Of a stretch of DNA of 55,274 nucleotides, positions 48,181-55,274 are shown one piece after another. The position numbers and the translations under genes were made by a program. Numbering within the stretch: the stretch's first letter is position 1; the number at the start of each line of letters is the position of its first letter. The notes beneath the pieces are model-generated. The model saw nothing but the letters and a program-made list of their open reading frames with translations, ran no database searches and was not told the DNA's origin. The DNA lies in NCBI RefSeq assembly GCF_004010195.1, contig NC_057718.1, positions 32,385,237-32,440,510 of the forward strand. The letters run 5' to 3'. This DNA comes from Chiloscyllium plagiosum. Taxonomy: Eukaryota.

Positions 48181-51100
48181 ATTCTGTGTTTGTTTAAAAC
48201 TAAATTGTTGGATCCCTGATAACCTGATTGGTAAAGGCATCAATTAGTATGACACTAATTTATTCATACCAGAAGATCCCAGCTTCAGTTACTGGTCAGT
48301 AGTGATTTAATTGGAAGGATCCTACAAATGGCGTCAGTTTATGAGTGCTTGGAATGCCAAATCAAAATCTGTCAGGCTTCCTCACTTCTGATCGCTATCC
48401 AGTGGCCCCACTGGAAGATGTAACTGGGTAGAGATAGAATTGGCTCAGCTGTAATAAAAAGACTTGCTGACCCTTAACTGAATCAGTTCACATCTGAAGA
48501 TGAGTCACCTGAATAAAGAAGGAAACAGATGTTAAAATGCCTTCAGGAAAAAAAGGGAGAAAATTAGTGGAAAGAAAAACACATTGGTATGTTAGATGCA
48601 TCAGTGGCATTGTGAATGCAATACCTTGGCATGAGGGTACCATTAGCAGGCTTTGACAAGACATGGGTTATTGATGTTGCATGAGATGTTAAAATTAAAT
48701 AAGCATTCTATAAAGAAACCATCATATCTGTATAAAGAATGCAAATATTCTGTAGAAATGTTTATTATTATTATTGTGTGTAGCATCAAGGCATTGCATA
48801 TCATTTTCTTTTAGTTACAAAACTGAAATTTTAAGAAAGATAGTGGCATTTTACCAGGGCATGGAATCAGCCTTTGATGGTAAAATTGCACAAAATTAGC
48901 CCTGTCCAAATTTTCAAGCATTGCTTCCATAGCAACATCCAAACAAATGTGTAATTCATCTTTCAGTTGTGCTCATTTTTGGCAGAAATGATCCAGCTCA
49001 AAGCATTTCGACAAAGACGACAAAATGCATTGGAAACAAGAATTTCAGACACTAAGTCCCAAGAGAAAAGAAAAAAAACTTAGTCCTACTACAGAGAGGT
49101 CACTGTACTTTTGCATGGTATTAAGCATTGGGATAAACATTCCTAAAGCCAATCTAGGGCCACACATAATACATTCTGTACGATACTTATAATTGTTTCC
49201 TGCTGCACTTCGGTAAAAGTCCTGATTACTGGGAAAGGCTTGTTCTCCACAAGGAGGGCATGGTTTTTCTAAACAGCCAAGTCAAATTTGCTTCATGCTG
49301 CTGAGAACTAATTAATGGTGCACTGATTATTTGATTAGCTTAATTAAGAGTTTGTAGCACAAGTAGACTAAATACAGTTTCAGTAAGTGGATTGATTTGC
49401 CCTGTTGCATGCCATTTTCTGCCATGTGACTGGGGCGTAGTGGCTGGGTGATAGGGCACTGCTTGTATTGTTTACATTTTGAGTTCACAAGGTCATTGGT
49501 AAATTTGTGTATGCGTGAGTTCTTGAATGTTAGCCATCAGCTTAAAATTACCATTTGAAGTAAGAAAGATAGGGAGAAGTTAAGTGAAAGGATTTTTTCT
49601 CAAAATTAACCCAACTAAAAACTTGTAAACTGAAAGGGAGAGTGTCTTGAATTGGGTTGGTTGAATAAATTCAGTGTCTGGAGTAATACTGATCAAAAAC
49701 AATATTAATCAAAAAGACACAGGCTTGATTCTCAATCTAGAGCCATAGGACCATAGAAAAGCTTTGGCATAGAAATAAGTCATTGATCTGATCATGCCTG
49801 CACCAGTATCTGTCCTCCATTAGCCATTTACAAGCCTGGAGACTGAAGGGTGGTAAAATTGAGCTTGAACACAGTAGGGAGAGAAGAAATGAATCTGGAA
49901 TTTCTCCTAACACCACCGAGTAACCGTTTTGGAAAGTATCATCTTGGTGCAAAGTGAGGAGAAGTTTGGCTGTAAATGTGATAACCTTCTCCCCACTTTA
50001 ACAGCTCATTGCCATTCTTCACAAAGGAAGAAGTGAACTACTCGAGCGTCTGGCTCCGATGGTACACTGTCCAGCAAAGTTCACCCTCCTCAAGAAAAGA
50101 GAGGGAGATTGGAAAATCCTGAGGGGCATTTGGAGGGGGGGTGGGAGGTAAACTGGTTGAGAAGTTAAATCCATGTTCCATATTGATAATATTTTGCCCC
50201 TAGCAGTTTGCATCCATTCTGAAAATTCCGAGTACAGTCCAAAATAATTTACCAGGTTATGTTTTTACTGCAGGAACTACAAAATCTATTGTAAAACAAA
50301 CGTTCCATTCCCTTTCATTCTGTGAATGCCATGCTGCTTTTTAAGCACATGCTGCTAACCTGCTCCAGAGCCTTTATCTAGTATTTGCCAAGTAGAATGT
50401 GTCCAAGAGCATGCGACTCATCTGTTAGCTTTTCCTTCTTTCATGTAGAGAAGCATTGATCATGGCTTGGCCCTTCCTCTTGATAATCAGACTAAACGCA
50501 ACGACTCCGACTGTGTGAGATTACAGTGCAGGCCTATGACATCCACTTCTTGGTACAGTTTGTAGCTTGCACTTTGTAGGTTGTAGTTATTTGTGTTCTT
50601 ACTTTCAGCGAATGATTATTCTGTTCATTCAAAGTTAGGAGGTTAGGTCACAAACCTGCATGAGAGAATTAAATAACTTCAGTATTTGTTTAACAGACAG
50701 CTTGATGTTCCAAAAGCCCTCTGAGATAAAGTCAACTCATCAATGATTAATGCAAATAATATTTGACTAATTGGGTGTGATTTATCAGCTGGTTTTTTTT
50801 CCCCAGGTAATATCCTGACTCCAGAGAGTGAAATATGACAGAGTTTATTGTTTTCACTTAAATTTGATTACTATCATGAAAGTGTTTTCTATAGGACAGC
50901 AAGATGAAGATTATTGGATTCTGAAGGCAGAATACCAAGAGTTAGTCTCATTGAGAAGTTTGGATTGGATCAGTAGGTGTTTGAGTGGGTAGTATCTCCA
51001 AATGAGAATGTCTTCAGCTAACCATTCCTGCGCACGTCTTCACTGTCGCTCGGTCATGCAGGGTGGTTCTGTGTTGTCCTTATTACCCCTGAATGTCCTG

Positions 51101-51289
51101 ATGACCTGGGTGGTCATAATGTGATATGTGATGGTGTCATGACCAACACATTAACCATTGTTACTATAATTCTTGAGTAATTATTACATTTCACGAGTAA
51201 TATGGATAGTGTGTGTTATTCCACTTACATTTTACATAAGAAGATGCCCTGCTGATTTTGTGAATTTAGCAAGTGTTGAAATACAAAAG

Positions 51290-52745
51290 CATCCAAACCT
51301 GTGGTTAAGTTGGAGGGTAGCTCATGTAATTCATCTGTTTAAAATGGGAGGCAGAGGTAAAATCAGAATTGGGGAAAATGCTGAAGTCCAATATAAAAAA
51401 TGTAATATCTGAGCATTTGAAAAATTGTATCGGGCAGAGTCAGCATGGATTTACTCAAGGGAAATTATGCATGGTGAATCTACCGGAATTCATCGAGGAT
51501 GTAACTTGTAAAGGGAGTCAGTGGGTATGGTTTATTTTGAATTTTAGAAGGCTTTCGACAAAATCCGACATGAGAGTTTAGCACATACAATCAAGCACAT
51601 GGGATTGGGGTTGTGGATTGAAAGGGATCAAAAACTGTTTGGCAGAGAGGAATTAAAGAGTCAGATTGATTGGCCTTTTTCAGAGTAGCATTCAGTAACG
51701 TGTCAGGTACCACAGTGCTAGGACACCAGCTAGTCATAATATATATGCGTTACCAATTTAGATGAAGGAACTAAATGTAATATGTCCAGATTTGCAGATC
51801 ACACAAAGCTGGATAGGAGGGTGAGCTGTGAGAAGGGTGCAGAGTTACTTTAGTGTGATTGGGACAAAGCTGAGTGAATGGGCAAATGCATGGCAGAATC
51901 AGTATAATGCAGATAAATGTCAGGTTATCCATTTTGGGAGCAAAAACAGGAAGGAGGATTATTATCTGACTGGCTATAAATTGAGAGACAGGAATCTAAA
52001 GCAAGACCTGCTTGTACTCATACAACAGTCATTGAAAGTAAGCATGTGGGTGCAACAGGTCCTGAAGAAGGCAAATGGTATCGGGGCCTACAAAGTGAGA
52101 GGATTTGAGCACAGGAGCAGGGATGTCTTGCTGCAATTATATAAACCTTGATGAGACCATATCTATGTATAGTTTTGGTCTTCTTGTCTGAAAAAGGATA
52201 TTCTTGCTATAGAGGGAGTGATTCCTGGAATGGCAGGACTGACATACTTGGAGAGGTTCAGTGGTTCTGATTAGATGTATTGGAGTTTAGAAGAGTGAGG
52301 GACGATCTCATAGAAAGCTAGAAAATTCTAACAGGATCAGACACGGTAAATGCAGGAAGGATGTTTCCAGTGATGAGGGAGTCCAGAAACAGGAGTCACT
52401 GTCTGAGAGGTAAACCATTTCGGACTGAGATCAGAAGAAATTTCTTCACCCAGAAGGGGTGAGCCTGTGAAATTCACTACCACCGAAAGCATTCAAGTCA
52501 AAACACTAAGCAAAAATAAAAACCAAACAAACTACAGATGCTGAAAATCAGAAACAAAAACAGAAATTCCTGAAAAACCCAGCTGGTCTGTCAGCATCTG
52601 TGGAGAAAAAGCAAAGTTAATGTTTTGGGTCCAGTGACCCTTCTTCAGAACACTGCATGATTTCAAGATGGAGTTGGATATAGGGATCAAAGGATATGGG
52701 GGAAAGTGGGAACAGGCTATTGAGTTGGATGGTCAGCCTTGATGG
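51290..52745 (+). mobile_element. Old CR1 LINE (RT to 3' end), PLE inserted near the 3' end
   Basis: SQHGFTQGKLCMVNLPEF; RFADHTKL; LSEWANAWQNQYNADKCQVIHFGSKN. Confidence 0.9.
52508..52655 (-). mobile_element. PLE terminal-repeat copy (family C), hammerhead CpG-decayed
   Basis: Minus strand gtt-CTGAAGA-a-gggtc-actg-gaccc-aAAAcatt-aac; stem I gtt/aac retained. Confidence 0.85.
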
Positions 52746-52749
52746 ATAT

Positions 52750-54600
52750 AGATATAGCTTGCCGTTTGTTTCTAGCTTAAGCCTGAACGTTGCGCAGATT
52801 TTGCTACATGCAGGCATGGGTTGCTTCAGTATCTGAGAAGTTGCAAACCGTGTTAAATATTGTACAATATTTGACCTTACAACTTCTGGCCTTAAGGTGG
52901 AGGGAACATAATTACTGAAGCAGCTGGAGATTGTTCAGCCCTGAAAAGCTCCTGCAGTGATGCCTGGGACTAATATGATTAGGCATGACTCCAGCAGGAG
53001 GTGTGTTGTGTCCCTGATGCCTGCTGACTTCAATTTTGCTCATGTCCCTTCTTACCTCAGTCACATTCTGCCTGGATCTCAAGGCCACTCATTCTCACCT
53101 CACCTATAGAGTTCAATTCTTTTGTCCAAGTTTGGATTCAGACTGTAATGAGGTCAGGGACCAAGTGTGACAATGCAAACAGAATGACAGTGAGTAGGTT
53201 GTTGCTAACTAAGTACCAACTCATAGCAATGTCAGTAATATGGTCCCTTATTTTGCTGATAGGACAATAATTAGCCAGATTATATTTGTTGTTTTTTGAC
53301 GAGATGATAAATGTCAGTGTTGTAGCTGTACTGGATCTTCTTCAGTAAAGGGCGTGGCTAGTTCTGGAGCACTACAGTACTACCCCTAAGATGTTGTCAG
53401 AGTCCAAAACCTATGCTGTTTCTAATGCTATCAGCCTTTTCTTGCTACTGAGTGAATTGAATTGTTGAAATTGGCTTGATTTGCTTTTGTCATTTCTGAT
53501 GCCTAGGTTGAGGTCCGGTGAAATGAACAGTTCTATCCTTCATTTGATTGTTCTGTCATGGTTTGACTCTGTTGTGATCAGGATGTTAGGAGGAGGCCAA
53601 GATGGATTATTCATTCAGAACTTCTGGCTTAAGATGATTGCAACTGTCTCACCCTTGTGTTTCACACTAGCATACTCATTGAACAAAATATTTTTTGTTC
53701 CAGTGAGTTGTTTAGTTGTTCACCATTGTTTATGACTGGATTTGATAAGACTTCACAGATTTTATCTGGACCAGTGTTTCTGGGATGGCTTTGTTCTGTT
53801 TATAGCATGTTCCTTCCACGCTTTAGTAGTCATGTTGACCTGTATTGTTGCTTCATGAAGATAGCACATTATTTTTAGGTGTGTTAGCGTTTTGCTCCTG
53901 GCATACTCTGCTGCAGTTTTCATTGAATCCCAATTGGACCCTGGCTTGAGAGTGATGATAAAGTGAGGAATATTCTAGGCCATGAGGTTACAGATTACAA
54001 ATAAATGCAATTCTACTGCTTTTGATGGCCTGTGGTACCTCATGGTGGCCCAGTTCTGAGCTGCTAACTTAAACACATTTCACAAGGCGTTTGTGTCACA
54101 AAACACAATGTAGGCTACCCTCAGTGTGAAAAAAGCATTTTGTCTCCACAAGAGCTCTTACCGATGCTGTCATGGCCATATACACAGCTGAAACAGGTAA
54201 ATTGATCCGGATAGAGTTAAGTAGCTTTTCCCTTTTTGTGGATTTCTTGCCAACTGCTGTTGGCTTAGTTTGGGTGAAAGGTCCTTCAGAACTCAGCCAG
54301 TAGTCGTGCTACTGAGGTATTCTCGAAGTCCCCAACCCAGAGTATAATCTGTGCTCCTTCATACCCTCAGTCTATCTTCCCTGGTATTCAGTGTGGAAGA
54401 CCACTGATTGCTGAGCTGAATGAGGACTGTGGTAGATAATCAGCAGGATGATTCTGTGCCTATGCTTGCCCTGATGCCATGAGAATTCATGGGATCCAAA
54501 GTTTATTTTGAAGATTCCCAGGCCACTCGATCCCAGTTAGATACCATCATGTTGCCATCTCTGACGAACCTGTTAGGACAGGACATAACCAGAGGTGGTG
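52750..54600 (-). mobile_element. Family-2 LINE ORF2 (endonuclease to RT), very degenerate
   Basis: Colinear with 32160-33030 (tctcacctcacc...tcttttgtccaagtttg...gtaatgaggtcagg); endonuclease-like SGYVLS...HEFSWHQGKH at 54600-54440. Confidence 0.8.
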
Positions 54601-55220
54601 ATAGAACATAGAACATAGAACATAGAAGAATACAGCGCAGTACAGGCCCTTTGGCCCTCGATGTTGCGCCGATCCAAGCCCACCTAACCTATACTAACCC
54701 ACTATCCTCCATATACCTATCCAATGCCCGCTTAAATGCCCATAAAGAGGGAGAGTCCACCACTGCTGCTGGCAGGGCATTCCATGAACTTACGACTCGC
54801 TGAGTGAAGAACCTACCCCTAACTTCAGTCCTATATCTACCCCCCCTTAATTTAAAGCTATGCCCCCTTGTAATACCCGAGTCCATACGCGGGAAAAGGT
54901 TCACACTGTCAACCCTATCTAACCCCCTAATCATCTTGTACACCTCAATCAAGTCACCCCTAAACCGTCTTTTCTCTAATGAAAACAGCCCCAAGTGTCT
55001 CAGTCTTTCCTCATACGATCTTCCTTCCATACCAGGCAACATCCTGGTAAACCTCCTCTGCACCCGTTCCAGTGCCTCCACATCCTTCCTATAGTATGGC
55101 AACCAAAACTGCACACAATATTCCAGATGCGGCCGCACCAGAGTCTTATACAACTGCATCATGACCACAGGACTCCGGAACTCAATTCCTCTACCAATAA
55201 AAGCCAGTACGCCATATGCC
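54601..55220 (-). mobile_element. Young CR1 LINE, 5'-truncated, ORF2 C-terminus still open; same subfamily as 43890-44540
   Basis: ORF 54689-55255 AYGVLAFIGRGIEFRS...FFTQRVVSSWNALP...; (atagaac)n tail at 54601-54627. Confidence 0.95.
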
Positions 55221-55274
55221 AAATCTACCCCTAACATCTGTCCTATACCTACCACCCCTTAACTTAAAGCTATG
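55221..55274 (-). mobile_element. Second CR1 fragment of the same subfamily fused in tandem, runs off the window end
   Basis: ctacccctaacatctgtcctatacctaccaccccttaacttaaagctatg repeats the region 54813-54862. Confidence 0.85.

Noticed and set aside
54689..55255. Longest ORF (188 aa) as a host gene
   Set aside because: It is the CR1 ORF2 C-terminus of a truncated copy; its apparent start comes from a chimeric junction

Overview
Vertebrate, repeat-rich intronic or intergenic DNA. The HE1 SINEs, HER1/CR1 LINEs and a Deu-domain SINE point to an elasmobranch (shark). I recognise no host protein-coding exon. The ORFs I can assign are decayed transposable-element (TE) fragments, and the rest look like chance ORFs. 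Content: many CR1/HER1 LINE pieces, a second CR1-group LINE family, L2 and Rex1/Babar pieces, a Ty3/Gypsy relic, Harbinger Myb/SANT relics, three SINE types and about 15 Penelope-like element (PLE) pieces. The main hidden signal is that the PLE terminal repeats of three families carry minimal type-I hammerhead ribozyme motifs (CUGANGA, stem II, GAAA, palindromic stem III, NUH), best preserved at 27062-27096. Most short PLE copies start at, or fold back on, that motif, and several have 12-16 bp target-site duplications (TSDs). Also notable: two PLE insertions whose 15-bp TSDs are 1 bp apart, a 295-bp local DNA copy fused to the 5' end of a CR1 insertion, and TE-poor motif-dense blocks that may be enhancers. 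Element boundaries are by eye, and family names come from remembered motifs, not database searches.
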